From positions 186,001-250,000 of IMG/VR virus record IMGVR_UViG_3300048438_000153: DNA of 64,000 bases, one strand, 5' to 3'. A program made the translations under genes and the position numbers. Positions 10,401 to 19,438 of the stretch are shown piece after piece; positions within the stretch are counted from its first letter, which is position 1, and each line of letters opens with the position of its first letter. Under the pieces are notes generated by a model. The model ran no database searches, was not told the origin of the DNA, and saw nothing but the letters and a program-made list of their open reading frames with translations.

Positions 10401-10607
10401 GTTCTCTCTACGCCAATCAGAAATCTCAAAGGTATTTACATCATCGAGTTCAAGCCCATAGTGTACTTTCAGAATGACCCTCTGCACAGGAAAGAGCTTC
10501 ATCTTCAAGCCCCAAGGAGACTCAACAAACTCGATGATGTCTACGTTCTTCGTAGACTGTTTCCCCGCTCTCGCTGAGGCAGATATTGCTAATGATGAAA
10601 AAGACAT
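7473..10607 (-). CDS. terL: Terminase large subunit, intein-containing
   Basis: Walker A GRRSGK|T split by the intein, Walker B CVILDE, coupling motif ISSP, RNase H-like nuclease MGIDLA...HDDMSDA. Confidence 0.95.
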   Translation of the reverse strand: MSFSSLAISASARAGKQSTKNVDIIEFVESPWGLKMKLFPVQRVILKVHYGLELDDVNTFEISDWRRENIEVHTEKTYLKKLYDEGRCNVGEVIPGKQRREMILSIGRRSGKCVTGDTLIPTPGGMKRLDSLGDASHGAPEYQPLSVQVLQEGGATAQTAFFYNGGVKETKKIMTYSGFELEGTPNHRIKVLDKEYNISWKYLEDIQVGDLACLNKSRGLFPEHYVPLSEYKEDLSVKSKLPDYLDEDWGEMLGILVGDGGWTSGKKVGVTTGCEDFKNYLVSKMVSLFGKVSVIEGEGSVYRVNTYSKEIRTFLQRLGWGVDVVYKTKTIPFAILESPYSVQCAFFRGLFETDGHIADKGGREISLSSASPLILKEAQILLMNMGVFTSRRFGRRYSGFEEGVVSLKGTQSYRRFLDDIGFISRKKKERANKLSRRLGYGLKDQSCSPKGFGSFLRGKGLSSKLVSSTSPTLTLLHRVASSDKVSDHLKSKINLILDSGYYFDEIVSVERSRSPVYDLNVPDGSMFVGNAFTNHNTTISACIAAYETYKLIKKGDPQKYYGLPASNNIQIISVATDKDQAGLLYQEVSGHYRNCSFFGPYTANNTLSYARFQTPNDVDKYGRYIENSNAKATLKVTFRSCVAKGLRGAGNICVILDEVAHFTESGQSGAEEVYNAVVPSTSAYSAKDPNNPTVPIGEVEGRIILISSPLGKQGLFYSLFQIGMRGGRASENILAVQAPTWEVNPTVPAEEFEKHYLKNAAVFFTEYGGEFTDRTRGWIEKSEDLFACVDPKLRARQKAPARQPHFMGIDLALVGDGTAVAIGHLEEDDIVVDLVVQIKAGEGDYAEKERLDFDDVADWILSLTKKFYIVEGIFDQWAGIPLEQALAKRGLGQMKSVQMTKQLTSQIFQNFKDMMWDERLRLYDDLHPEENGHEPYIQELLELQAKVQSKHIVTVEAPQVQGKHDDMSDALTRMVWLASKQVGKQKYFAGGSGRSSIGGTVLHGGKGFAGSPRLRGGSDARRRSPSPSRSDRHSLRNRIVGKKR
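9000..10271 (-). mobile_element. Intein (424 aa) with LAGLIDADG homing endonuclease
   Basis: Starts CVTGDT, block B GTPNHRI, LAGLIDADG motifs LGILVGDG and FRGLFETDG, ends VYDLNVPDGSMFVGNAFTNHN followed by Thr. Confidence 0.95.
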
Positions 10608-10609
10608 TC

Positions 10610-11284
10610 TTAGCTCTCACCTTTCTCCATCTTCGCTTTGGCGTCTGCTATCCAATCTTGGTCATCCACTAAGCGCCCGAACTCCGCAAATACGCTCTCT
10701 GACATCTCAGGTCGAACTCCTGCTGTGTCACAAGCCTGTCTGAAAGTCTCAGCGATGTGCGTGAAGATAATCTTGAAAGCAGAGGATTCGAGATCTACGC
10801 CTGTTGAAGCGAGGACTTCTTTCTTCTTAAGCCATGTATCTCCAACAGCTTTGAGAGCTTGAACGCGCCTCATACTTATCTGAGAGGTGGATTCCCCTTT
10901 TCTTTCTGCCTCCAAGCGTTCAAAGTAGAGACTCGCCGACTCCTCTGCGATCCCCGCGATCACCTTCGTCAGAATATCAGGGGATTCAGGAGTAGACTTG
11001 GCTACAGATACGATCTCGTCTTTATCGAGAACGTCCTTCTTTCTACTCTTAATCGCGGAAATGACCGCGTTCGAGGTCGTCGAAGATCCTGTAGTGGGCG
11101 GTGTGGATGCGCTCTGAGGAGATGAGACTCCGGGAGAGCCATACATGACGTAGGGCTCTCCTGTGTTCGGATTGAACTTAATCGTATCTGTATTTCTGAG
11201 GTCTGAGGGCTTACGCCATACGGACTTCCCCACTTCATCTGTTACCTGAACGCGAGTAGCCCCTTTAGGAATTAAGTCTTTCAT
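10610..11284 (-). CDS. Hypothetical protein, possible terminase small subunit
   Basis: 224 aa helical protein immediately upstream of terL. Assignment is positional only. Confidence 0.4.
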   Translation of the reverse strand: MKDLIPKGATRVQVTDEVGKSVWRKPSDLRNTDTIKFNPNTGEPYVMYGSPGVSSPQSASTPPTTGSSTTSNAVISAIKSRKKDVLDKDEIVSVAKSTPESPDILTKVIAGIAEESASLYFERLEAERKGESTSQISMRRVQALKAVGDTWLKKKEVLASTGVDLESSAFKIIFTHIAETFRQACDTAGVRPEMSESVFAEFGRLVDDQDWIADAKAKMEKGES

Positions 11285-11302
11285 ATAACCTCCGAGATTT
11301 GT

Positions 11303-11974
11303 TTAGATACTAGAAATAGGTTTCACACTCCTACTCTTTCCTAACACAGTACCAACCGCGCTGTCGTCTACTGCGGGGTCGTAGATGGTATTTCCGTCTG
11401 TATCTTCAATGGTAAAGGGAGGTGCGCCGTTGAGGATAAGATAAGAATAACTGATCACAGTCAAGATTACGTTATCGTTGGGGAACGAGGGAGCTACCTC
11501 AATCCTTGTATTGTCAGCCTGAGAAACAGAGGCAGAAATGCCCAAGTTGAGGTCGTTGAGTGCTTCGCTCAGCTCAGAAGCTAAATCGACCACCGCTCCC
11601 ACGCCGTTTCCTATGGCTTGCCCGAAGTGATCACCCGCCTTAAGAGAAGGTAACATATCCTTCATCTCAATGTCATGCGCGTAGGCTTGAATCTCATCGA
11701 AGTTATAGTAGGGAGGTGGGTTAGCGGTACGCTGATTGAAGTAGTCAGTCGTGTTAACCTTAATCACCAAAGAGGGGAGGTTTCGAGGCTCTAATAGACC
11801 GAACGCGCCTGTGCCTCTTTGGGTAGAAATGAGCTGTGTCTCGAAGCCCTGACGAATCGCCACAGGGTTGCCTGACTCGCCCTTAGAGGGGTCTGACGCT
11901 CTCTGATGGTGCGCTACGAGGAGCTTAAAACGAGCAGAAGCCGTTTCTTTCTTAACATACATGGGTAAGGTCAT
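11303..11974 (-). CDS. Hypothetical (structural?) protein
   Basis: 223 aa ORF with GGAGG RBS in the head operon. Confidence 0.6.
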   Translation of the reverse strand: MTLPMYVKKETASARFKLLVAHHQRASDPSKGESGNPVAIRQGFETQLISTQRGTGAFGLLEPRNLPSLVIKVNTTDYFNQRTANPPPYYNFDEIQAYAHDIEMKDMLPSLKAGDHFGQAIGNGVGAVVDLASELSEALNDLNLGISASVSQADNTRIEVAPSFPNDNVILTVISYSYLILNGAPPFTIEDTDGNTIYDPAVDDSAVGTVLGKSRSVKPISSI

Positions 11975-11985
11975 GTCAGCCCTCC

Positions 11986-14586
11986 TTAAATCTCAAAGCC
12001 ACCGAAGAGAACATCCCCGACCTTCTCAAGTGAAGGCGCGTCGGAGAAATCAACACTGTGGTCTTGTTGAAGATTAAACTCTGAAGCATCGTAATCATTC
12101 ACAAAGAGAGATGCTGTCCTCTCCGAGTCTGAGGCGTCGGCGAGGCGGATCATCTCTGCTTGGTACTGACCCTTGTTCTCAACAATCTCCTCAGCAGAAG
12201 CGACGATCATCTTATTGTATTTCTGACAAGTACCGCCCGAGTTGAACACACAGCTCCCACACTTGGCAGACTTTAAGAGTGTAGGCACTTGATTAGCTCT
12301 ATGAATAAGCGCGCCCTTGTCACACCCATCCATGCCCTCAGTCATGTATGCGTCTGCATCTACATAGGCGTGTCCCGAAACACCCTCATGCGCCTCTCGG
12401 AGAGAAGCGATACGACTCTGATGATCTTGGAGAATACTCTGAGAGAACCGAGTAGAAAGAAGCACGTCGATCTCTCCTCCCGCTGATCCCTCAGACATCT
12501 TTTGACGTAGCCAAGTAGCGACCTTATCCCCTTGAACCTCAAAAGCAGTCTTAGTCGGTAAAGAAGCCCTCTTAGAAATATGAGCCTCATAACGATGACC
12601 CTTGAAATCTTCTTTCTTGGCTTTCACACCTTCAGAAGCGAGCCTGTGTAGGGCTCTGTACCTCTCCTCTCCATTAAGAGAGAGTGCTTTCTCAGCGTCC
12701 TCAGCGGAGATAAGTCCGTTAGAAACATACTTGCTCACGCTTGAAGCAATCTTCTTTCCTTCAGAGACTTCATTCGCGACTACTTTTGCCTTTGGCATCT
12801 TGTCCCGAGCAGTAATGACGTGAGCAGTCTCATGCCCCTTGTACGTCTGAGTCTGAGAGGGCTTCGCAAGGTAAGCAAACACAGACGCTACCTTATCTTC
12901 AGGGGTCTTCTTTCCCTTGATCGCCTGAGCTACCTCCTCGTAAGAAACTAGACCACTCTCTACCATCCTAGCGATCTTAGTCTGAGCTAGTTTGCTCCTC
13001 TGTGCGAGGTTGCGCGCTTCTCGATCCTCTATCTCAGCGTGAGGGTCAACACTTGACTTCTTGCTGAGGTAGTGAGCCTCTGTCGAACCCATGTACTTCT
13101 GAACTTGAGAGGGGCGAGAAAGGAACTCATACACCGCGTTAAGCTTGTCCTGTGGAGATCTCGCTTTCTTAGTGACTTTCTCCACCTCAGAAATCGTAAC
13201 GAGCCCTTGCTGTATGAGCTTCGCTACCTTCTCCTGACACTTCTTAGCCACTCGAACCGAGTCAACCTCAGAGACAGTCTGAACCTTTTCTGTGGGGTCG
13301 AGCTGTGACTTATAGGGAGTGTGAGCCTTCACCTCTCGGCCTAGACCTTGGTAGTCCGAAGACTGAACAGGCTTAGAGGCGATCTCGTAAAGGCGCTCAA
13401 TCTTCTGTGTCGCGGTGCGCTCACTCTGAACGATGTCCTCTACGATTTCTGACTCCACCATGCCCCGAGAAACGAGCTGAGACGCGATTCTAGAGAGCCT
13501 CTGCTCCTCCTTAGAATAAGCCCTCTCTGTAGGAGACTCGATGTAAGGGTTGTCTATTATAAACTCATCGAGAGCTTTCTTAGCGTGACCTAAAGAAAGA
13601 CCCTCCGTCACATCGGGTTGGATCTGAAACCAAGTTGAAGGCTGACCCGCGCTCTCAATACGACCTTCCATCACATCAATGAAAGCCTGACGGAGCATAT
13701 TCTTGTAGCTAGAGCCTGAAGTCTTAGAGATCCCGTAGACCTCTAGTTTCGGCATGAGCGTGTTGTAGGCTTGTTTCCAAGAAATGTCTTTCTCTGAAGC
13801 TACGACTTTCATACCTAAGAACCTGTCGAAAGCACAGTCCTCTTTCTCAGAGATGATATACATCGAAGAAGCGCACCTCTTATTGATGACCTCATCCCAC
13901 CGTCCATTGAAGAGGCCGGGGAAGGAGGCTTCCTTAATGTACACTTTCCCATGCAAGCCATACTCTTGACTCAGCTCCCTCATCATGTCGAGGGGAAGGG
14001 AATCGAGGTGGTCAGGAGAATCCCCATAGGCAACTTTCCTAGAGGCGTTCTCTTTCTGACGGCGGTAGGCGTCACCCGGTAGCTTCGACTGCTCCTTAGA
14101 GTAAGAGTTTTGATACTTATCGTGCGCTCTCTGCTTGTTAGGGATGATCTCAAGACCTGTTGTAGAGCCGTCAGCCCACGAGTCTTGAAGCGTCTTCATC
14201 TGATTCGCTTGAGGGTGATCAAAGCGACCTTCAGAGAAATGCTCTAGCACGTCATCGTAGCTTCTCATACCCTCCAAGTCCTCTTCAGCTTGAGAGGCAA
14301 GCCAAGAATGGTCTACGAGAGGGATGAGTTGCTGAGAGGCATCCTTAGTGAAATCTGAGAGGTCGAGGTCTACATCCACCTCAACCCCTTCGGGCAAATC
14401 TGAGGAGAGAGGGTTTTCAGACGGAATCATCCCACTAGGGAGCACCGAGAGCCCTTTTGTCTCAGGGAGGCGAGCTTTCTCGGACACGCCCCCATTATAC
14501 TCAGTGTCAAACTGAAAGCCATCAAGCATATAGTTTGAACCATGTGTTAGGGTGTAGCCCCCATTAGGTAAGTTACTCTTACTCAT
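11986..14586 (-). CDS. Putative head protein with four internal helical repeats and a C-terminal Cys cluster
   Basis: Repeats of the type KIARMVESGLVSYEEVAQ...KVASVFAYLAKP; CGSCVFNSGGTCQKY; many [KR]xAS motifs. Confidence 0.6.
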   Translation of the reverse strand: MSKSNLPNGGYTLTHGSNYMLDGFQFDTEYNGGVSEKARLPETKGLSVLPSGMIPSENPLSSDLPEGVEVDVDLDLSDFTKDASQQLIPLVDHSWLASQAEEDLEGMRSYDDVLEHFSEGRFDHPQANQMKTLQDSWADGSTTGLEIIPNKQRAHDKYQNSYSKEQSKLPGDAYRRQKENASRKVAYGDSPDHLDSLPLDMMRELSQEYGLHGKVYIKEASFPGLFNGRWDEVINKRCASSMYIISEKEDCAFDRFLGMKVVASEKDISWKQAYNTLMPKLEVYGISKTSGSSYKNMLRQAFIDVMEGRIESAGQPSTWFQIQPDVTEGLSLGHAKKALDEFIIDNPYIESPTERAYSKEEQRLSRIASQLVSRGMVESEIVEDIVQSERTATQKIERLYEIASKPVQSSDYQGLGREVKAHTPYKSQLDPTEKVQTVSEVDSVRVAKKCQEKVAKLIQQGLVTISEVEKVTKKARSPQDKLNAVYEFLSRPSQVQKYMGSTEAHYLSKKSSVDPHAEIEDREARNLAQRSKLAQTKIARMVESGLVSYEEVAQAIKGKKTPEDKVASVFAYLAKPSQTQTYKGHETAHVITARDKMPKAKVVANEVSEGKKIASSVSKYVSNGLISAEDAEKALSLNGEERYRALHRLASEGVKAKKEDFKGHRYEAHISKRASLPTKTAFEVQGDKVATWLRQKMSEGSAGGEIDVLLSTRFSQSILQDHQSRIASLREAHEGVSGHAYVDADAYMTEGMDGCDKGALIHRANQVPTLLKSAKCGSCVFNSGGTCQKYNKMIVASAEEIVENKGQYQAEMIRLADASDSERTASLFVNDYDASEFNLQQDHSVDFSDAPSLEKVGDVLFGGFEI

Positions 14587-14590
14587 TTGA

Positions 14591-15271
14591 TCACCTCGCT
14601 AAGTATCTGTCAGCGACCCTACGCGCTGAGAAAGAATGGGTTGTACTAGCAGTCTTTGATCTAGGCTCAGCGAAGCTTCTTTCGGTCGGGCCTGTGTTAT
14701 CCTTGTCCTTCTTTTTCTTCTTCGCCTTCTCCACCATCTTCTTAGACTGAACTTTGCTAACTAAGCCTGTCATGTCTTCCTGTTGCTCAGCCCACTCTTC
14801 GGGATCTTCCTTGATACCCTCGATCTCTCTGAGAACGTCCTCAACTAGCTTAGTCTGAGCATCTAACCAATGATCCGCATTGATCTCATCATAGATCGTG
14901 TCAGAAATGGCTGATAGGGCTTCTACTATATTCATGAACTGACGGCGCATCGCCTTGATTTCCATGATGTAGCCTCGACCCCCGAGCGCGCCATCGGGGG
15001 AGATGTCCCTACTCTTAATCTTAGCAAAGACTGCGTAAGCTGTCATCGCGTGACCTAGCGACATGAGAGTGGACTTGAGGACGCAAGCGATCTGCTTACT
15101 GCATTTCTTGTTCAATCTATGAGACGGGTCCATCTTTCTTTCTGAAGGCGCGTGTTGATTCCAAGCCCATGCGTTAGAATCGTCACCGTGATCCTTGATG
15201 AACCTAACTTCACCCGCTGTCTTAATACGACCTTCGGGCTTAATCTGTTTCTTATGGAGATCCTGAGACAT
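14591..15271 (-). CDS. Putative virion protein
   Basis: 226 aa. Late motif and hairpin upstream; ends ARRVADRYLAR. Confidence 0.6.
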   Translation of the reverse strand: MSQDLHKKQIKPEGRIKTAGEVRFIKDHGDDSNAWAWNQHAPSERKMDPSHRLNKKCSKQIACVLKSTLMSLGHAMTAYAVFAKIKSRDISPDGALGGRGYIMEIKAMRRQFMNIVEALSAISDTIYDEINADHWLDAQTKLVEDVLREIEGIKEDPEEWAEQQEDMTGLVSKVQSKKMVEKAKKKKKDKDNTGPTERSFAEPRSKTASTTHSFSARRVADRYLAR

Positions 15272-15275
15272 AAGA

Positions 15276-15335
15276 ATCCTCTTTATAGTAGGGGCTGAGC
15301 GTTTTAACTCTGCCTCAACTATAAAGAGGATATTA
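15276..15335 (-). promoter_or_regulatory. Late-promoter-like motif (15320-15335) with 14 bp RBS-sequestering hairpin
   Basis: TAATA-TCCTC-TTTATA. Perfect inverted repeat 15276-15289 / 15318-15331 covering AAAGAGGA. Confidence 0.75.
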
Positions 15336-15375
15336 GTCTGTATCTTAGTTCCTTACCTTACGTTCGGTTCTTACC

Positions 15376-16569
15376 TTACGTTTGGTTCTTATCGAAGTTT
15401 CTTGTTCTCCTACGTCTAGACGGACTTGAGCTAGACGGTTTTGAGCTAGACGGACTTGAGCTAGACGGACTTGAGCTAGACGGTTTTGAGCTAGACGGTT
15501 TTGAGCTAGACGGACTTTGAGTCTGAGGCGTCCGATCACTAAGACCACGACCTCTTTGCCCTCGTCTCTTTTTCTCCACACTCTTAGGTTTATCTCCTAA
15601 GCCATACATATCAAGGAGCTTCTTAGGCACTTTATCCTGATTTTCTATGACGTACTTCTTCAGGTATTTCTTAAGTACTTTCTTCTCAGGATCGAACTTT
15701 CGCCACATATCATCGCGCCTATTGTTTTTAGTTCGGTTCTTACCCTTCTTAGGTCCTTTGTACTCACCGCCCTCATAGTTTCTTACTTTTTCATTGTACC
15801 ATTTCTGATACGCCTTATCCTTACCTGTGCTCTTACCACCCCACTGACCATAATCACTATGGGTGTTATAGCACTCGCCGAACACATCCCCATTATTCTT
15901 AATCATCTCTTCCATGTAGTCGTTCCAAGAACCATCATTCCAATCCTTAAACTTCATGAAGGAGTCACAGTTCTTCTTTCTAGGGTTTTTTAATTTCCTA
16001 GAAAGCGTCTTTCTGTGCGCTCTCGCGACTTTGATGCTAAGAATACCTCGAACCTCGCCCCTGATCTGAGGGTTCTCGTAGGCGAGCTTGAGAAGACCCA
16101 ACCTCTCTTCACCTAGCTGATTTCTCAGACTCGCCTTCTTGTCTCCACCGCCCCTCTGATGTGTCTTTCCAAAAGGACGTGGGACAGTAGACCTAGAGCC
16201 TTTACCATTCTTAGGTTTCTGTTCCTTAGAGTCATAGAATTTCTTACGGTATTCGACCATGTATTTCTTTCTCTCAGGAGAGCCGTTCTTTCCTGCGTCG
16301 GCAGACCCGTGTTCATGGTGCTTCTGATAGCAACTTCCGTCGCCACTACCAACTCCGCCGACTTGATGAGGGAAAGAACAAGACCCTGAAGGGTTATTAA
16401 GTTTATCTTTCCTACTAGAGCTAGGTCTATTGCCACTACTACCATGACCTACAGGTTTTTCATCTTTCCAAGCAAGTCGTTCTCCTGTCATTTTCTCGAA
16501 CGCAAAGTCCTCGTCAGAATAAACGTCCTCAGCGAAGAGGTCATCTTCAAAGTCATACCGTCTGTTCAT
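15376..16569 (-). CDS. Basic putative internal head protein with acidic N-terminus and Ser/Pro tail
   Basis: 397 aa. Acidic leader ending RLAW, Lys-rich body, duplicated CYxxHxxxG motif. Late motif at 16610-16625. Confidence 0.6.
   Translation of the reverse strand: MNRRYDFEDDLFAEDVYSDEDFAFEKMTGERLAWKDEKPVGHGSSGNRPSSSRKDKLNNPSGSCSFPHQVGGVGSGDGSCYQKHHEHGSADAGKNGSPERKKYMVEYRKKFYDSKEQKPKNGKGSRSTVPRPFGKTHQRGGGDKKASLRNQLGEERLGLLKLAYENPQIRGEVRGILSIKVARAHRKTLSRKLKNPRKKNCDSFMKFKDWNDGSWNDYMEEMIKNNGDVFGECYNTHSDYGQWGGKSTGKDKAYQKWYNEKVRNYEGGEYKGPKKGKNRTKNNRRDDMWRKFDPEKKVLKKYLKKYVIENQDKVPKKLLDMYGLGDKPKSVEKKRRGQRGRGLSDRTPQTQSPSSSKPSSSKPSSSSPSSSSPSSSKPSSSSPSRRRRTRNFDKNQT
15416..15517. repeat. 15 bp tandem repeat, about 6.8 units (CTAGACGGACTTGAG / CTAGACGGTTTTGAG)
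   Basis: Read directly. Two unit types in order A B A A B B A; encodes (S/K)PSSS. Confidence 0.95.
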
Positions 16570-16768
16570 GCCTACCTTCTTTCTCAGGCTATTGTTAGAA
16601 CAGCTTTAATATAAAGAACCTAGTGACCCACCCAAATCGGTCGCCCAAAACCGAGCATCTCAACAAAATCTGAGAAATAGTTATCTGCCTGAGTGCTCCT
16701 AATAGGAAAGTAAGTCTTTAGTGGATTTATCCGCACCTAGAGGTATCTACGGAAAGGAACACTCAGGT

Positions 16769-18052
16769 ATGCGAAAAGCTGTCATGATAGATACGTCTGT
16801 ACTCATCCATGAACCGACCTCTTTCTTAGAGTTCGTTGACGAGTACGAAGTCTTGATCCCGATCTATGTCATCATGGAACTCGACTTACTCAAGGATAAG
16901 AAAGTCCAAGTCTCCCACCTCGCGAGAAGGTCAAGTTCTCTCATTCTCTCTGAAGTGGATAAAGGGGGGGTAAAGATCGTCTCGCACACAGACGAACTCG
17001 ACTTCGAGTCTCTTCAGAAAGCTGTAGAGGTCAGATATGTCGATCTCCTCATCTTGAAAACCGCTGAGAAATACAACCACGATTATGAGCAATTCTTATT
17101 ACTCACGAAAGACGTAAACTTGAGGATATTATCTGAGTGCGCGGGCATAGACTCAGAGGACTACATCAACACAAAAACCTCAGAGCGCGTTCTTTCTGAG
17201 ACAACCATCGAGGTGAGCCCGAGCATTGGGCTCAGGGCAAAGATGGCTAAGTCTTATTGGGAGGGCGCGGTGCGCCTCAACGAAGAAGAGATTGAAGAGC
17301 TTGGCCTGTTCAATAATCAGTACGTCACACTCACTGATCAGAAGCAGTCTAACCACCTCTTCCACTACAAAGACTACACTCTCTTCCCTATTAAGAAGAA
17401 GGAGGTGAGGGCAGGTAGAATCAAGCCCCGAAACCTTGAACAGACGATTGCCCTTGATCTCCTACTTAATCAAGAGATCAAGCTCGTCGCGCTCTTAGGG
17501 AAAGCGGGTACAGGAAAGACCTTCCTGACCCTCGCGTCGGCGCTCTTTCAGGCATCTACCTATCAGAGAATCTTACTCTCCAAGCCTGTTGTGGATGTCG
17601 GAAAAGGCATTGGTTTCTTACCAGGCTCTGTAGGTGAGAAACTAGAGCCTTGGATGCAGTCTTTCTTCGACAACCTTGATCAGATTAACCCTTATTGGGA
17701 AGTCGGGTCGAACGAGGAAGAAAGAGAGAGCTATTTCGAGAAAAACCACATCGAGATTCAGCCGATCAACTCAATCCGAGGGCGCTCTCTTAAAGACGCT
17801 TTCATGATCATCGACGAGGCACAAAACCTCACCAAGCACGAGATCAAGAGTATCATTACGAGAGCTGCTGAAGGTACGAAAGTCGTGCTGTTGGGCGACC
17901 CCTATCAGATCGACAACCCTTACCTAGACGAGAAGTCTAACGGACTGATATACGTCGTAGAAAAGATGAAGGGTCAGGGCATATTTGGTTATACGTCTCT
18001 CTCTAAGTCTGAGAGATCTGAGCTTTCTGACATAGCCGCTGACCTTCTCTGA
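16769..18052 (+). CDS. phoH: PIN-PhoH family ATPase (PhoH2/YlaK-like)
   Basis: N-terminal PIN (IDTSVLIH...ELD...VD...TKDVNLR), GKAGTGKT, GFLPG, RGRSL, IIDEAQN, GDPYQID. Start moved to ATG 16769 after AAAGGA. Confidence 0.92.
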   Translation: MRKAVMIDTSVLIHEPTSFLEFVDEYEVLIPIYVIMELDLLKDKKVQVSHLARRSSSLILSEVDKGGVKIVSHTDELDFESLQKAVEVRYVDLLILKTAEKYNHDYEQFLLLTKDVNLRILSECAGIDSEDYINTKTSERVLSETTIEVSPSIGLRAKMAKSYWEGAVRLNEEEIEELGLFNNQYVTLTDQKQSNHLFHYKDYTLFPIKKKEVRAGRIKPRNLEQTIALDLLLNQEIKLVALLGKAGTGKTFLTLASALFQASTYQRILLSKPVVDVGKGIGFLPGSVGEKLEPWMQSFFDNLDQINPYWEVGSNEEERESYFEKNHIEIQPINSIRGRSLKDAFMIIDEAQNLTKHEIKSIITRAAEGTKVVLLGDPYQIDNPYLDEKSNGLIYVVEKMKGQGIFGYTSLSKSERSELSDIAADLL

Positions 18053-18079
18053 TCGGCATAACCTCCTAGAAAGGGAGCA

Positions 18080-18352
18080 TTAAGTAGGGATGATGACGGT
18101 GTAGCCCGCGCGACTGAGACGATGGTAGAAACCCCCAAATTCGGATTCGTCACGAAAGAGACAAACTACCTCTTTCAAAGGGTTACCATTGTTTCCAAGT
18201 GATTCAGTGCTCGTGTTCACGCCTACAGATCCCGCCTCTGTAGCAATGTGAGAGATGTTCTTAACCTCACTCTTGGGAGCAAAAACAGCAACTATGGGAT
18301 CAAAAGCCCCTTCACTGATAAGTACAGGAGCTCTCAGTATTTGAGTCGTCAT
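18080..18352 (-). CDS. Hypothetical protein (90 aa)
   Basis: AAAGG RBS, variant late motif and hairpin upstream (18353-18394). Confidence 0.6.
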   Translation of the reverse strand: MTTQILRAPVLISEGAFDPIVAVFAPKSEVKNISHIATEAGSVGVNTSTESLGNNGNPLKEVVCLFRDESEFGGFYHRLSRAGYTVIIPT

Positions 18353-18391
18353 ATAACAACCTTTCTTTGATGATTTCTTTAAAGGATATTA

Positions 18392-18631
18392 TCAAAGATC
18401 TAAAACAGCCACTCTCGGATATTCAGCGCCGTCTAAAGCGATCTGACGAGCGATGAGGTATTCAGCGTATACATTGTTCAGATAAAGGATACGCTCGGTT
18501 GTATACTCCCACTCACCATGCTCCTCTTCATACCGAGCATAGAAGTCTATGATCCTCTCATAGACCTCAATCTGAATGTTAATCTCATGGAGATTACTTT
18601 TATTGACTTTCTGCCTGAGTAAGTCGTCCAT
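18392..18631 (-). CDS. Hypothetical protein (79 aa)
   Basis: GGAGG RBS; follows thyX. Confidence 0.6.
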   Translation of the reverse strand: MDDLLRQKVNKSNLHEINIQIEVYERIIDFYARYEEEHGEWEYTTERILYLNNVYAEYLIARQIALDGAEYPRVAVLDL

Positions 18632-18646
18632 CTTGCCCCTCCATTT

Positions 18647-19390
18647 CTATTCAAGACTAGGGATCTTGCCATGCTTAACGTAGTTGGCGTGAGCTATAGG
18701 CCATAGAGATTGAATCTGACGACTAATCTCCCTCGCTAAGAGTTTGATTTCCCACTGAGCATCCGCATGATCTCTCTTGGCTATGAAAGAATTCATCCAA
18801 TTATGGAGAGAGCCTGTTGCCCAATAAGTCGTATAGATATTCTGAGGGAGGATCATGCGCGCCTGTTCTCTAGCCACTCCCTGACCTATCATCTTATTGT
18901 AGAGCTTCACAGAGTCTGCGGTATGGTTTTTGATAGCAGACACAGCGTCTAGCCTTAAGAACTTAGGGTAGTCAAAAGCTTCAAACTCTATCGTTGGATT
19001 GAAAGTCTCGTCTAGGCTCGCCTGACGATTCTTAGTGTCCTGCTCCCTAAGCGCAGATGGGAAGTAAAACTCAATGTCTGCGGAGGTGTATCTCCGTGAG
19101 ATCTCATTGTAAGAGAAAGTCCTATGGCGCATCTGTTGGCGAGCGACAAAGAGCGGAACTTTAATCCAAAAAGTTACCACATTGTGCTCGCTTGTAGATG
19201 TATGACCCTCCCGAATGAGAAAGTTGGAGAGACGCTCCTCCTTTTCTCCCATTTCCGTACTGACCTGACCCAAACTAGCTCGCGCTGAGTTAACGAGGGT
19301 TAAATCATCACCCATACTCTGAATAAGAGCAACCCCACCGATACCGTCGTCGTAGATATCTACTTTATTCTCTCTGAAGTCCATTCTCAC
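18647..19390 (-). CDS. thyX: Flavin-dependent thymidylate synthase
   Basis: ThyX motif RHRTFSYNEISRRY, plus HTSTSEH, REQARMILP and HADAQWEI. Confidence 0.96.
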   Translation of the reverse strand: MRMDFRENKVDIYDDGIGGVALIQSMGDDLTLVNSARASLGQVSTEMGEKEERLSNFLIREGHTSTSEHNVVTFWIKVPLFVARQQMRHRTFSYNEISRRYTSADIEFYFPSALREQDTKNRQASLDETFNPTIEFEAFDYPKFLRLDAVSAIKNHTADSVKLYNKMIGQGVAREQARMILPQNIYTTYWATGSLHNWMNSFIAKRDHADAQWEIKLLAREISRQIQSLWPIAHANYVKHGKIPSLE

Positions 19391-19438
19391 ACCTTCTAGG
19401 TTATAGATCTGAGATGTTCTACCAAAGAGACATAAGAA

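Noticed and set aside
15416-15517. Short repeats as a possible CRISPR array
   Set aside because: Head-to-tail 15-mers with no spacers, inside a CDS, and no cas genes.
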